From: Calditrichia bacterium
GTDB taxonomy: Bacteria > Calditrichota > Calditrichia > JAJRVZ01
NCBI GenBank assembly: GCA_963777955.1
Contig: CAVZSQ010000022.1
Coordinates: 192,001 to 256,000 of the forward strand
Direction: 5' to 3'
Length of the DNA: 64,000 bases
In this document: positions 43,367 to 55,137 of the stretch, piece by piece
How the letters are laid out: each line of letters begins with the position of its first letter
Numbering within the stretch: position 1 is the first letter of the stretch
The notes under the pieces: model-generated
Database searches by the model: none
Told to the model about the DNA's origin: nothing
What the model saw: only the letters and a program-made list of their open reading frames with translations
Made by a program: the position numbers and the translations under genes

Positions 43367-46241
43367 ATGTCAAAGTTTACTAGCATTGTTATCCTGCTGC
43401 TGGTTTTCAGTTTTCATTTGTGGGCAGGTGTTTCGGGTAAGGTTGCGGGGGTGGTGCTGGATTCCCGGACCAGAGAACCCTTACTCGGTGTCAATGTCAT
43501 CATTGCAGGAACTATGATAGGCGCTTCGACGGATGTCGACGGTTTCTACAGTATATTGAACGTACCGCCGGGAACTTACAAACTCGAAGCCAGCTATATC
43601 GGTTACAGCAAGGTTGAAGTGCTCCAGGTGAAAGTCTTCGTTGATCTGACCACCACTATCAATCTTGAAATGGGTGAAACAACCCTGCAGTTGAATGAAA
43701 CGATTACCGTTGTAGCGGAGCGGCCCTTAATAAGGGTGGATGAAGTTACCACACGGCAATATGTTTCGACCGAAGAAATTGAGATACGGCCGGTGGACAG
43801 TTTTCAGGAAATTGCCCAGCAACAGGCCGGGGTGGTGGGAGATAACTTCCGGGGAGGACGAAGTAATGAAGTGCTGGTAATGGTGGATGGCATTGTCCTG
43901 AAAGATCCAGCGTCAACTTATTCAGGTGATATGGGCGGATTCACCTCCGATGTGGTTGAACTGGGCATTCAGGAGATGGAAGTTACCATGGGCGGTTTCA
44001 GTGCGGAATACGGCAATGTACAATCGGGTATATTAAACCTGGCCTTGCAGGAAGGACGTTCAAATTATTCCGGCCGGTTGCGCTTTACCTCTAATAATTT
44101 CGGTAATCTGAATGCTAATATTTATACTACGCAGAATTCCTATCAAATGATGGATTCAACTGATAATATCCACTGGCAGAAAAAAAACCGTCTGATAAAT
44201 TATATCTATGAATTCAACCTGAACGGTCCGGAACCATTGACTTCAGTCATACTGCCGCGGCTGGGACTGACCCTGCCCGGGGCCATGACTTTTTCACTCT
44301 CCAGCGAAATAACCGATACCCGTCACGGTTATTTCATCAATCAAAACTCGTTTGACCAGACCTATCAGGGCAAGTTAACTTATCGTATCTCGCCGGAATT
44401 CAAAATTTCCTATGGGACTATTTATAATAATAATGAATATGACTCCTACTATTACCCGGCTTCCAAGTATGGACCGGCGCCGGATTATCCGGTCAATGAT
44501 CTGAAGTTCATTTTAGCCAATACGGACACGCTGGCGCATTATGTCTATGTACAGGATCCCAGCCCCTGGCATGGTCTGCCGGATATAACCACTCTGGCCC
44601 AGACCGATACGTTTCAGGGCTCCCCTTACAACGCCATCAAAACCTATTATATGGCCGGAATGCAGGAATATCTCTGGGATACTGAGCAAAAAAGCAACAC
44701 TAACTATATAATCTGGACCCATACGTTGAGTCCCAAAATGTATTATGAAGTCAGACTGAATTATTTTTATACTAACTATCATTATGCCGGCCGCGATGTG
44801 GAAGACCGTAATTTCAACGGCGATACAGATGAGGAACTGGTTTGGAATCCGGCTCTGGCCGGTTCGCATCCAATATATCTTGAACAGGAAAATAATTACT
44901 GGTGGTACCGGGGGGATGACGAAGGTTTTCGCGATGAGAAATCGTGGACCTACAGCGCCAAAGGGGACCTGGTCAATCAGCTGACCTCCAAACACCTGTT
45001 AAAGGGCGGGTTCGAATTATATGCTCATCGAACCAAAGTGGAAAATGTCAGCTGGACGCTGGGTTATGGACAATTCCGCAAGGATATCTGGGATAAACGC
45101 AGTCTGGATTTTGGAGCCTACATTCAGGATAAGATGGAATTCACCGGACTCATCGGATTAATCGGATTGCGTTTTGATGTCTTCGACCCGGGGAGAGTGC
45201 CTTATCCCGCTAATTATGAAAATCCCTATTCCAGCAAGGACAGTCTGGGTATTCCCATTATCAATGATCCTAAATATACAAAAATACAGTATCAGTTCAG
45301 TCCGCGTATCGGTTTCTCTCATCCGATATCAGCTACCGATGTGCTCCATTTTGCTTATGGACATTACTTTCAGCGACCCGATGGATATTTCTTATACCGC
45401 AATTACCTGATGAACAGTCTGACCAAAGTCGGCAATTACATTGGTAATCCCGGTTTGAAGCCGGAGAAGACGGTATCTTACGAGCTGGGGGTTGAACATC
45501 TTTTTACTGATGATATCAAAGCTGACGGTTACCGGTTATTATAAGGATGTAAGTAATCTGATGAACTGGCGGAAATACGTTGGACGCAGTATACAGAATA
45601 TCGAATTGAATGTTTACACCAATGCGGACTACGGCAATATTAAAGGTCTGGAGTTTACCGTGGTCAAACGACCGGGTAGATTCTGGGGTGCTTCAGCCAA
45701 TTATACCTTCTCGGTAGCCAAAGGGCGCAGTTCCACTTACTCCAGCGGTTCCGGAGGATTCACGGATGTAAAACGCATGAATATCCTCGACTTCGATCAA
45801 ACCCATACAATAAATGCCAATGTTACCCTGCAAACTCCGCAGGCCTTCGGTCCGGGTATCGGCTCGTTCAAACCCTTTGAAATGTGGGTGGCCAATATTC
45901 AATTCAGCTATGGCAGCGGCTTACCGTATTCATCCTACGGCAGCGGATTGATCAATGATAAACGAATGCCGTTTACCGCCATGACCGATCTTAAATTGAT
46001 TCGCAGTTTTAATATTAAACCGGTTACCTTTGACTTGTTTATCGATATTTTTAATCTTTTCAATGACAACAATGTAAATTTTATCGGTAACACTGAATTA
46101 TATGAAGAATATTACCGGCAAACGGGGAAGCGTGATCCGTCCATAGTTGATACGGACGGTATAACCGGCGATTATATACGTCATCCGCAAACCTACAGTG
46201 TCGACCGCCAGCTTCGCTTCGGTCTGATCGTTAAATTTTAA
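43367..46241 (+). CDS. TonB-dependent receptor with N-terminal CarboxypepD_reg-like domain (frameshift ~45520)
   Basis: GKVAGVVLD...GVNV, FRGGRSNEV, GGFSAEYGNVQSG, SPRIGFSHPI, GNPGLKPEKTVSYELG, C-terminal RFGLIVKF. Confidence 0.9.
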
Positions 46242-46267
46242 TCCGGGCATTTTAAGGGAGAAGAACC

Positions 46268-48253
46268 ATGCAGGTATATAGCAGTTTTAAAAAATTGATC
46301 TGCCTGTTATGTCTGATACTGATATCGGCCACAACAATCAGGGCGGCTGATCCAGCTGATAAAAAACCAGGACAGTTGTCCAGGGGCATACTAGCCGGAC
46401 CGGTCGTTGCAGATGATTGGGCTTTTCATCAGATCGGTACTGTCTGGCAGCGCGTAACCAATTTCGGTTTTGCCGGTGATGATGCCTATGAAAACAGGAC
46501 ACCATCATGCGATTGGCCGGGAGGATCGGGCAACTCATATCTGTATCGTGGTACATTCTGGTTGACCGCACGCATCGATGGTGTGATACATTCTTCACAG
46601 GGCGATGACCATGAATTTGCTTCCATCGATTCGGTACATGTTTTAACCGGGAATAACGCGGTGCGTTCAGAACAGGATACTTACACGCATTATTACGATG
46701 TACAGGCTCCCCTGGCTGAAGGCCATACACCTTTAGGTCTTGAGGTTACGGAACGAACCTATGCCTGGAGTGAAAGTTTCAGGGATGATTTTATTATTTA
46801 TGAATATACCATTAAGAATGTAGGCATCGATTCGGATGCTGATGGCTATCCGGATACAGCGCAAGATCTGCAGGAATTTTACTTCACTTACCGTCTGGAT
46901 GCTGATGTTTCGAAACGGGCCGACTGGGCCGCAGAAATGAAGTTCTCCAATCAGGACGACCTGGGTGCCTGCAATGCTTTTTGGGGCTGGATCGAACAAT
47001 ATTTTCCTGCCTGGTGGGCCGAATCTAACGGTTTCTTTACAGCAGAAAAAGCAGACAGCAGTATGATGTTCATGTGGGATGCGAATAATCCCGACTATCC
47101 TGCCGACAATGGTCAGGAGGACGATACCGGTAATCCGGGTGCAGACGGAACATTGCAATCTCCGGGTTTTATCTGTTTTAAAGTCATGAAGACTGATCCT
47201 CCTGAATTCAGGGTGAGTTCGTTCCATCAGAACCATATTTATAATGATCCGGCCACCGATCAGGAAGCATATGACCGGATGATGGCACCGCGGGTATTCG
47301 AAGGTCCGGTGGTCCTCAGGGGTGTACCATATCCCTACGATTACCGGGCAATATTGACGCTGGGCCCTTTGGATCAACTGGCTTATGGCGATTCGGTGGT
47401 GATCACTGCAGCCATTGGCGTGGGAGCGGATGCGGACAGCGGCGGCGTTTACAGCCTGATCGAACTGGTTAAGATAATGGATGTGGCACAACTCATTGTG
47501 GATAACGATTATAATATCGGAGCCCTGGCTGCGCAGGCTCCCGGTCTGAATATCACTTATTCAATTCAAAATGGAAGTCTCAATGGTTTGAATATCATCT
47601 GGGACAATACTCCGGAAAGCAATTCCAGATTCCGGGGCTATAAGGTATGGAAAAGCAGTAAGAAAACAGAATTGGGTGCATTCGACTGGAAACCGCTGGG
47701 TGATGGATATTATGTTATTGGACAGAATAATCCCCCTGCCGGCGATGATGCCGGGACGTACAAAATTTTTGATACGGATATTATCCGGGGATTTGATTAT
47801 GCTTATGCGGTGCAATCGGTCAGTTACGATTCAATATTTCAATTTATGGAATCAAATATTAACGCCAATTTGAAAGTTGTTACTCCAGCCAATCCGGCAA
47901 CCAACAGCCTGGACCGGGTTAAAGTAGTACCCAACCCATATATCGGCAGCGCAATCTGGAATAATTCCTTACCCAGCGATTCCGAACCCTGGGAACACCG
48001 TCTGCAATTCATCAATCTCCCCGCTGATGCCAGCATAAAAATATTTACTCTGGATGGAGATCTGGTTGAAGAAATTCGTGCCGGTCAGGGTGTACGCAGA
48101 AGTACTTCGTTTATCGGTGAAACCGGCGCCGGTGTGGCCGAATGGGATCTGATTACCCGTAATAACCAGGAAGCGGCACCGGGTATTTATCTGTATGTAG
48201 TACAATCTCCCAGCTGTGGGGAAAAAGTCGGAAAATTTGTCATTGTGCGTTAA
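46268..48253 (+). CDS. Large secreted TBDR-associated protein with FN3-like region and atypical T9SS-type CTD
   Basis: Signal peptide; WPGGSGNSYL, GLEVTERTYAW, FRGYKVWKS; C-terminal VVPNPY...LQFINLP...WDL...GIYLYVV...GKFVIVR. Confidence 0.75.
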   Translation: MQVYSSFKKLICLLCLILISATTIRAADPADKKPGQLSRGILAGPVVADDWAFHQIGTVWQRVTNFGFAGDDAYENRTPSCDWPGGSGNSYLYRGTFWLTARIDGVIHSSQGDDHEFASIDSVHVLTGNNAVRSEQDTYTHYYDVQAPLAEGHTPLGLEVTERTYAWSESFRDDFIIYEYTIKNVGIDSDADGYPDTAQDLQEFYFTYRLDADVSKRADWAAEMKFSNQDDLGACNAFWGWIEQYFPAWWAESNGFFTAEKADSSMMFMWDANNPDYPADNGQEDDTGNPGADGTLQSPGFICFKVMKTDPPEFRVSSFHQNHIYNDPATDQEAYDRMMAPRVFEGPVVLRGVPYPYDYRAILTLGPLDQLAYGDSVVITAAIGVGADADSGGVYSLIELVKIMDVAQLIVDNDYNIGALAAQAPGLNITYSIQNGSLNGLNIIWDNTPESNSRFRGYKVWKSSKKTELGAFDWKPLGDGYYVIGQNNPPAGDDAGTYKIFDTDIIRGFDYAYAVQSVSYDSIFQFMESNINANLKVVTPANPATNSLDRVKVVPNPYIGSAIWNNSLPSDSEPWEHRLQFINLPADASIKIFTLDGDLVEEIRAGQGVRRSTSFIGETGAGVAEWDLITRNNQEAAPGIYLYVVQSPSCGEKVGKFVIVR

Positions 48254-48281
48254 CTATAGAATAAAGTTTGAGGTAACTGCG

Positions 48282-49277
48282 ATGTATAAAAAAATATATA
48301 TTTGGCTGATCATGGTTGCCCTGGCCTTCAGTAACCCGGTTTCAGCGCAGCAATTTGCCCCGGTAGGTACGGCGGTGGCACAATTCCTGGAAGTCGGGAT
48401 CGGTGCCCGGGGTGTGGGCATGGGAGAAGCATTTACTGCCCTGACCAATGATGTAAATTCTGTTTTCTGGAATCCGGCCGGTCTGGCCAATATACAGGAT
48501 AAGCAACTTGTTCTGAATTATAACCGCTGGCCTGCGGAGATCTCCATCGGAGGTATGGCTTTTGGTATGAACTTTGACCGGATCGGTGTCTTTACCCTGA
48601 GCGCGGTTTATCTGGCCACCGGAAAAATGGACGTGACTACAGTCTATGATCCGGAGGGCACCAGCGGTCAAACCTTTAATATCACCAACTATGCGCTGGG
48701 ACTTTCCTATTCACGATATATGACCGAACGGTTGGCCGTGGGAATTACGCTGAAGTTGGTCAGTGAGAAGTATTGGACTTACGGTTATACTACCGCTGCA
48801 ATCGATCTGGGTACTTGTTACCATACGGGATATCATGGCCTGAATATAGCCATGTCCATTTTACATTTTGGTCCCGAAGTGAAATTTTCCGGCAGGTACA
48901 TTGATAACAGCGATCCTCTGTCGGTGAACCTGAATAAGACAAAGTCATTCGAGACCTATTCGCTGCCGATCAATTTCCGTTTTGGTCTCAGCATGGATAT
49001 TCTGGAAGATAGCGAGAACCATCTGGTCGGTGCTGCCGACATGATCCATCCGAATAACAATCTGGAACAGTATAATCTGGGCCTGGAATATGGTTATTAC
49101 CGGTTGTTTTTCCTGCGCGGCGGCTATAAGTTTACTGCCGATGATGGCGGATTGAATCTGGGTCTGGGATTCAGGTATGTACTGACCGAAAAAATTTCGT
49201 TGGATCTTGATTATGCCTATTCGGCCATGGGCGTTCTTACGGATATACACCGCCTGGGTCTGGGATTTGCCTTCTAA
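48282..49277 (+). CDS. PorV/PorQ-like (UPF0164) outer-membrane beta-barrel
   Basis: AQFLEVGIGARGVGMGEA, SVFWNPAGLA, LGLEYGY..FLRGGY, DYAY, HRLGLGFAF. Confidence 0.85.
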   Translation: MYKKIYIWLIMVALAFSNPVSAQQFAPVGTAVAQFLEVGIGARGVGMGEAFTALTNDVNSVFWNPAGLANIQDKQLVLNYNRWPAEISIGGMAFGMNFDRIGVFTLSAVYLATGKMDVTTVYDPEGTSGQTFNITNYALGLSYSRYMTERLAVGITLKLVSEKYWTYGYTTAAIDLGTCYHTGYHGLNIAMSILHFGPEVKFSGRYIDNSDPLSVNLNKTKSFETYSLPINFRFGLSMDILEDSENHLVGAADMIHPNNNLEQYNLGLEYGYYRLFFLRGGYKFTADDGGLNLGLGFRYVLTEKISLDLDYAYSAMGVLTDIHRLGLGFAF

Positions 49278-49293
49278 CAGGGACGCAAAATTT

Positions 49294-50604
49294 TTGAAGT
49301 TCTTACTGATTTTATTAATCAGCATTAGTTTGTCTGCTCAACTTGATGCTCAGACATATTTAGATATTCCCGCTTTAAGTGATTCGGTCAATCTGGATCG
49401 TTTAAAGGGTACGATAGATTCGCTGACCTGGGCGGGGGGATATCAGAATCGTGTCGCCTACAGCGCAGGAAGTTATTATTCTGCCGGTTATCTGGCCCGT
49501 TCCTTTGCTGCTTTGCCCGGAATCTCCACTGTCCAGCTGGATACGTTTTACTATACACCTGCGCAGGATCCGTATAGCCATTACCCGCTGATAAATGTGG
49601 TTGCCACCATGGAGGGTAGCAGCACTGAAACGATCATTATTGGTGCTCATTATGATGCCTCGGGCAACCGCGAAAATGAACAGGACTGGCTGAATAACTG
49701 GAGTACTCTGAAAGTTCAGGGCGCCGATGATAATGCCAGTGGTGTCGCAGCTGTTATAGAAATTGCCAGGGTGCTAAGTGATCCGGCGCAGCAGTTTGAT
49801 AATCAGTCGACTCTGCAGTTCATCGCTTTTGCCGCTGAAGAGACCCATCCCATGACAGATAGTCATCATTTGGGCAGTTTGTACGATGCCTACTGGCATT
49901 CACAACGGGGCACGAATATTAAAGCGGTGCTGGTGCTGGATATGATCGCATATAATTCTATTATGGATTATATGGAGATCATCTCTGATCCGGCATCGGT
50001 CTGGCTGGCGGATAGCATTCGGCAGCTGGCCATGATTTACCTGCCCGATCTTACCGTCAACAGTGCGCCCTATCCCAATGTAACTTACAGTGACCATCAA
50101 TCATACTGGAACTATGGTTTTCCTGCTATCCTGCTGATGGAGAACGACAGCCCCTGGAATAATGATTTGCCCTATTATAGCAACAATCCGTATTATCACA
50201 AGGTTTCTGATCTCGCTGCCACACTGAATTTTTCCTTACTGCATAAAACTACTAAACTGGCCCTGACCGCCCTGGCAGCACTGGCCTATAACTCTACGCC
50301 CAGCGGCTGGCCTGTGGAAAAAACCGCGGAGCGCAGAAGTCAGGTTGTCCCGATATCCGTTTTGCCGAATCCGTTTAACAGCACTGCAAATATAAAATTT
50401 TCGCTGCGGCAGGGTACGCCTGTAAATTTTGACGTTTATGATATAAGCGGAGGCAAGGTCGAAACGGTTATTAAGAATTTGTATTTTACTTCCGGATCCC
50501 ATACGATTCAGTGGCAGCCGGCAGGACTGGCCAGCGGAGTATATATCGGTATTCTTGATGCGGCCGGTTTTAGACAAAGTGTTAAATTAGTCTTGTTAAA
50601 ATAA
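49294..50604 (+). CDS. M28 family metallopeptidase with T9SS CTD
   Basis: GAHYD, GADDNASG, AAEE, LDMI, SDH, YYH; PNPFN...KLVLLK CTD; likely TTG start before the signal peptide. Confidence 0.88.
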   Translation: MKFLLILLISISLSAQLDAQTYLDIPALSDSVNLDRLKGTIDSLTWAGGYQNRVAYSAGSYYSAGYLARSFAALPGISTVQLDTFYYTPAQDPYSHYPLINVVATMEGSSTETIIIGAHYDASGNRENEQDWLNNWSTLKVQGADDNASGVAAVIEIARVLSDPAQQFDNQSTLQFIAFAAEETHPMTDSHHLGSLYDAYWHSQRGTNIKAVLVLDMIAYNSIMDYMEIISDPASVWLADSIRQLAMIYLPDLTVNSAPYPNVTYSDHQSYWNYGFPAILLMENDSPWNNDLPYYSNNPYYHKVSDLAATLNFSLLHKTTKLALTALAALAYNSTPSGWPVEKTAERRSQVVPISVLPNPFNSTANIKFSLRQGTPVNFDVYDISGGKVETVIKNLYFTSGSHTIQWQPAGLASGVYIGILDAAGFRQSVKLVLLK

Positions 50605-50707
50605 AAGAAAATTGAGATTTTACCACGCTAAGTAGAATTAAAGCAGAAATAGTCAACTTTTTTAATTTAATTCGTTTGACATTTAATAATCAATCAGAGG
50701 AGGTCCT

Positions 50708-52372
50708 ATGAAGTCAAGTTTTATTACTATGTTATTTTGTTTAGTCATCGGGGTATTTTTAATTAATTCGCCGGTATTTGCTCAGGGTTTTACGCGTGGT
50801 ACCGAAATTGCGGTTCCGGAAACCGAACTGAATACCGGTGGTACCGGCGCCATGGTGGCCGGCGTCGATCTGGATAATGACGGCCTGACCGAGATCTATC
50901 TGGTTAACGACAACTGGAATGACACGCCGTCCGAATTAATTCCGCGTATTTATAAACTGGAGAGAAACCAGGGCGGCGTTTGGGAAGTAGTCTGGAAAGC
51001 GGTCGCACCGGTAAAACTCCAGAATACCTGGCCGCCGCTGGTAGTAGGCGACCTGGATAAGGATGGTAAAAAGGAGTTAATCTGGGGTGTGGTAAATTTT
51101 ATAACTGACTCCACTATGAATCCGTATCGTATTCTGGTTTACGAAGTAAAAGGGGATGGCAGTGATGTGCTGGGCATTTCATCCGGGGATAATTATTTGC
51201 CTAATGCTAAAACGACGATTGTAAGTGAGGATGATAAAAATATACGCCCATCCCAGTTTGTGCTGGCTGATGTAAATGAAGATACTAACGACGAGATTAT
51301 CTTTTCCGATCGTGGCGGCGAGAGCGGAGATAGCGTATTCTTTGGCGTTATTTCCGTTTCCAATATCCCCGACAACGGCGATGGCAGCGAGACCTGGACT
51401 CTGTTGACCAGTGCTTTAGATTTTGAGACCGGCGAGATTTACAACAAATGGGATGCAGCGGTGCTGGGCAAGAATTGCTACTTTTTCTGTGAAGCGCAGA
51501 TCAGCAAATTATACTGGGAAGCACAGGCCTGGCATTTTGAAGCCCTGACTCCGCTGGCGGGTGGAGCCGCCTGGCTTACTTCTCAAACTGTTGATCTGAA
51601 CAAGGATCAAACCAAGGAAATATTGACCGTGGCCTACGATTACGCAGATGACACTCATAAGGCTGTAGTGTTGCTGCAGGAAGACGGTGATTCGCTTAAA
51701 CAGACTGAATTATTCAATCTGGCCAGTTACTGGCCCACCGGAAGTCGTGGCGGAGTCGGCAGTGCGGTCGGTGATATCGATGGTGACAACTACCTGGATT
51801 ACATTTTTGGTTCCCGCGGCGGTGCAACCAATGCTTTCATTTTCCGCCTGGCTTACCGCGGGGGTGACATTACCAATCCGGCCAGTTATGAATTGACCGT
51901 CATCGATCAGGAATATGCTGTGGGCGGTGTCTGGAATGTCATCAGTTTAGCCGATGTCGATGCTGAAGCGGGATTGGAAGTATTATATACCTCCAGTATT
52001 GACGCCGGTGAGTTCCCCGATCTGGGTACCAAACCCATCATCGTTTTGAAGTACAGTGCTTCGGCAATTGGCGAGCGGGATGTCAATGTTATCAGCGAAT
52101 ATAGTTTGACACAGAATTATCCCAATCCGTTCAATCCGTGGACTGAATTCGAATTTACATTGCCCCGGGCTGCTGAAGTGAAAATTTCTATATATGATAT
52201 CAACGGCCGTCTGATTAATACACTGGTTAATGCTGGTTATCCGGCCGGACGTTATCTGGTTAAGTGGAATGGCACAGATGCCGCAGGACTAAAAGTTTCC
52301 AGCGGTACGTATTTTTATACCATGGAAGCCGATCAGGTAACTATAGCCAGGAAGATGATGCTGGTAAAATAG
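50708..52372 (+). CDS. FG-GAP/VCBS repeat beta-propeller protein with T9SS/FlgD CTD
   Basis: AGGAGG SD; DLDNDGLTEI, GDLDKDGKKEL, DLNKDQTKEI, GDIDGDNYLDY; NYPNPFNP...KMMLVK. Confidence 0.85.
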   Translation: MKSSFITMLFCLVIGVFLINSPVFAQGFTRGTEIAVPETELNTGGTGAMVAGVDLDNDGLTEIYLVNDNWNDTPSELIPRIYKLERNQGGVWEVVWKAVAPVKLQNTWPPLVVGDLDKDGKKELIWGVVNFITDSTMNPYRILVYEVKGDGSDVLGISSGDNYLPNAKTTIVSEDDKNIRPSQFVLADVNEDTNDEIIFSDRGGESGDSVFFGVISVSNIPDNGDGSETWTLLTSALDFETGEIYNKWDAAVLGKNCYFFCEAQISKLYWEAQAWHFEALTPLAGGAAWLTSQTVDLNKDQTKEILTVAYDYADDTHKAVVLLQEDGDSLKQTELFNLASYWPTGSRGGVGSAVGDIDGDNYLDYIFGSRGGATNAFIFRLAYRGGDITNPASYELTVIDQEYAVGGVWNVISLADVDAEAGLEVLYTSSIDAGEFPDLGTKPIIVLKYSASAIGERDVNVISEYSLTQNYPNPFNPWTEFEFTLPRAAEVKISIYDINGRLINTLVNAGYPAGRYLVKWNGTDAAGLKVSSGTYFYTMEADQVTIARKMMLVK

Positions 52373-52393
52373 CATCACCTGATTCTGAAAATC

Positions 52394-52436
52394 ACTCATC
52401 CCGCAGAAACTCTTGTTTTCTGCGGGATGAGTTTTT
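52394..52436. terminator. Intrinsic terminator hairpin between convergent genes
   Basis: Perfect 16-bp stem ACTCATCCCGCAGAAA (52394-52409) / TTTCTGCGGGATGAGT (52417-52432) followed by Ts. Confidence 0.85.
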
Positions 52437-52491
52437 AGTATCTCCAGGCCAGACTGTCCGGTATAAGAATAATGTCCTATAACTAAATCGG

Positions 52492-53520
52492 TTATAAATT
52501 TTCATTAATTTTAAATAAGACCTTGGTGTATTTTCCGGATCGCGCAGCAGCTAATCCTTTTTTATAATCGGCAAGCGGCAGGATTATGACTCCCAGATCG
52601 GATAATGGTTTATTTAGCGAGGGAATAATCTGCAGAGCTCTGGCGAAGGTAAAAGGATTAATTACAGATCCATAAAGAGTCCATTCTTTTTGGAATATCT
52701 GAAACGGATTTACTGAGACGGTACTGTGTTGTGGACATACACCGAAGAACAAAAATTTGCCCAGGGGATTAAGCCGGTTCAGAGCCTGTTCAATGGCTGC
52801 GGGATTCCCGCTGCAATCGATAATGACATCGAAGCCGGTTTGATCGGCGGAGTTTTGTTTATAAATCTGATCGGGTTTAAGACAGTTCAGTTGTAAATTC
52901 TGAGCGGCTTTACAGCGGTTAGCCACGGGTTCACTGATTGTAAGGTTGGTTACTCCGGATCGCTGTAGAATAAAACTCCACAACAAACCGATTAATCCGG
53001 CTCCCAGAATCAGAATTCGCTGCTGGAGTAAAACCGGTTGAATCCGATCCCAGCCGTGCAGAATACAAGAGAGGGGTTCGGCCAGCGCGGCCCAGGCCAG
53101 ATCGATGCCTGTCGGAACCGGGTGGACCAGTGCTGACGGTACGGCACAATATTCAGCCCAGCCGCCATTACGGAAAACACCTATTGGTTTATTATTGAGA
53201 CAAAAATGTACTTCTCCCCGGCGGCAAAATTCACAGGCAGTGCAATAATTGTTAGGATCGACCGCCACCAGGTCCCCCTTTTTAAAATTATGTACGGCGG
53301 CACCACAGGCCGCTATCTTTCCTGAAAACTCATGGCCGGGAATTACCCGGTCAGCGGCAGGTGATTCTTCTTTTAAGATATGCAGATCTGTGCCACAGAC
53401 TCCGCTGTAGGCTACCTGGACAATCACTTCATGCGGTTGGGGTGCGGGTGTGGGCAGATCGACCAGTAAAATTTTACCCGGACGATTATAGTACAAAGCT
53501 TGCATTGTATTCCTATCCAT
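52492..53520 (-). CDS. Zn-dependent sugar-alcohol dehydrogenase (MDR family)
   Basis: GVCGTDLH, GHEFSG, CTACEFC...C, EPLSC, GAGLIG, GSVINP. Confidence 0.9.
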   Translation of the reverse strand: MDRNTMQALYYNRPGKILLVDLPTPAPQPHEVIVQVAYSGVCGTDLHILKEESPAADRVIPGHEFSGKIAACGAAVHNFKKGDLVAVDPNNYCTACEFCRRGEVHFCLNNKPIGVFRNGGWAEYCAVPSALVHPVPTGIDLAWAALAEPLSCILHGWDRIQPVLLQQRILILGAGLIGLLWSFILQRSGVTNLTISEPVANRCKAAQNLQLNCLKPDQIYKQNSADQTGFDVIIDCSGNPAAIEQALNRLNPLGKFLFFGVCPQHSTVSVNPFQIFQKEWTLYGSVINPFTFARALQIIPSLNKPLSDLGVIILPLADYKKGLAAARSGKYTKVLFKINENL

Positions 53521-53590
53521 CTCTATTTTTATGAAATTAAATAAGAGGCAGTATTAATTGCAAGTGGTTAAATAGAGCGGGAAAAACGGT

Positions 53591-55047
53591 ATGAAGTTCT
53601 TTTTATATAAATATACAGGCCTGGCAGTTGTATTGATATTATTGCCTTCCTGTACCAGCAGGCAGGGGCAGCAGGAAATTGTGGGTAAGGTAAATGATCG
53701 TCAAATTACCCTGCAGGAATTCCGTACTTTTTATGAATTGGATCCGAATTTTGCTGTTGATTCTACAGGACCCGGGGCATTGGTCGATGAGTTGAATAAG
53801 TACATCGATCAGATCCTGGCCTATGACCGTGCTGTGAAAATGGATTTAATAAATGATCCTGGCTTTATCAAAGGACGTGATTGGGAAATGCGCCAGGCCA
53901 TGCTGCGGGAATTGTACCGCCAGCAGGTTCAAGGACAGATACAAGTGGATGATCAGGAACTGCGCGAAGAATTTTTAAAAGGGATGTCACAGGTGCATGT
54001 ACGCCAGTTATTCAGCAGGGATATAAATCAGGCTGCACAATGGTATACTCAACTTGGCGAAGGGGTTTCATTCCAGGAACTGGCCAGGGAGGCCTTCCAC
54101 GACTCGGTTCTGGCTGCCAATGGAGGCGATCTGGGTTGGGTATCGCTGAATTCTCTGGATGATGATTTCGGTAAGGCGATTCTTAATTTAAAACAGTATG
54201 AGATATCAAAACCGGTACAAACCCGCTGGGGTTATCATATTATTCAGTTGCTGGACCGGCGTGATCAGGTGATACTTGCGGAGACAGAATTTCAACGTCA
54301 GCGGCCATTGCTGGAAAAGAAAATCAGGCAAAGACAGAGTCGGCAATTGTCCAGTCAATTTATTGCGGACTATATTGGTAAATATAATCCACAACCTGAT
54401 CCCGCCATGTTCAGGTTTCTATGGCAGCAGGTGGTTCCTTTATCGCAGCAGGAAAATAAAATTCTGCCAATGGCCGTTGAACTCAACGATGATTTGATCC
54501 GCCGTATCCAGCAAAATTACAGTGATTATCTGAACAAAAAGCTGATTAACTATAACGATGGCAGTTTCTCGCTTGCTGCATACTTTGCCGCTGTCCGGCA
54601 GATGCCCTACGGGAACCGGCCCCGCTTTACTTCGGCCGGGCAATTAGCAAATCAGACTGGGTAACTGGGTTCGTGATGAATTATTGCTAGGACGAAGCAA
54701 AAAAACGGAATCTTGACCGTAATCCACGGGTGCTGGCGGAAGTACGGTCGATCCTGGAGCAACAGTTTTACGATCTGTTTGTGGAGCAGGAGATCATGAG
54801 TATGCTGATCCCGGATTCCATACAGGCGTATTTTAAGTTCAGCAGCCGGGCTCGCAACGGAATGCAAAAAACCTTTTCCCGTTTTCATACTCTGCAGGAA
54901 TGGTGCCGGGTGGCAGCGGAAAAAAACCTTCAAAATACCTTACGCACCCGGCAAACCCGGGTGTGGATCGATCGTGACAAAATATGGCAGGAAGCAGGCA
55001 ACATTAACTGGGATCGTCATATCCGCATGTTTATGGTCCGGCGTTAG
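53591..55047 (+). CDS. PpiC/parvulin-type peptidyl-prolyl isomerase lipoprotein (frameshift ~54660)
   Basis: Lipobox LPSC; VHVRQL, FQELARE, NGGDLGW, ISKPVQTRWGYHII; continues in ORF 54730-55047. Confidence 0.82.
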
Positions 55048-55066
55048 AAATGAATTAATAAATCGC

Positions 55067-55095
55067 TTGACATTCAGCGAATAAGATCATATATT
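55067..55095 (+). promoter_or_regulatory. Sigma-70-type promoter of the LacI-family gene
   Basis: TTGACA (55067-55072), 17-nt spacer, TATATT (55090-55095). Confidence 0.75.
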
Positions 55096-55108
55096 TTTTC
55101 ACATTCCA

Positions 55109-55122
55109 GTTAAACGTTTAAC
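55109..55122. promoter_or_regulatory. LacI-family operator
   Basis: Perfect palindrome GTTAAACGTTTAAC with a central CG, just downstream of the promoter and upstream of the LacI gene. Confidence 0.8.
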
Positions 55123-55137
55123 CTAAATCAGGCCTTC

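Noticed and set aside
46733..47491. Long antisense ORFs such as 46733-47491, 19068-19751 and 2326-2988
   Set aside because: They lie wholly opposite well-supported genes and show no motifs or translation signals.
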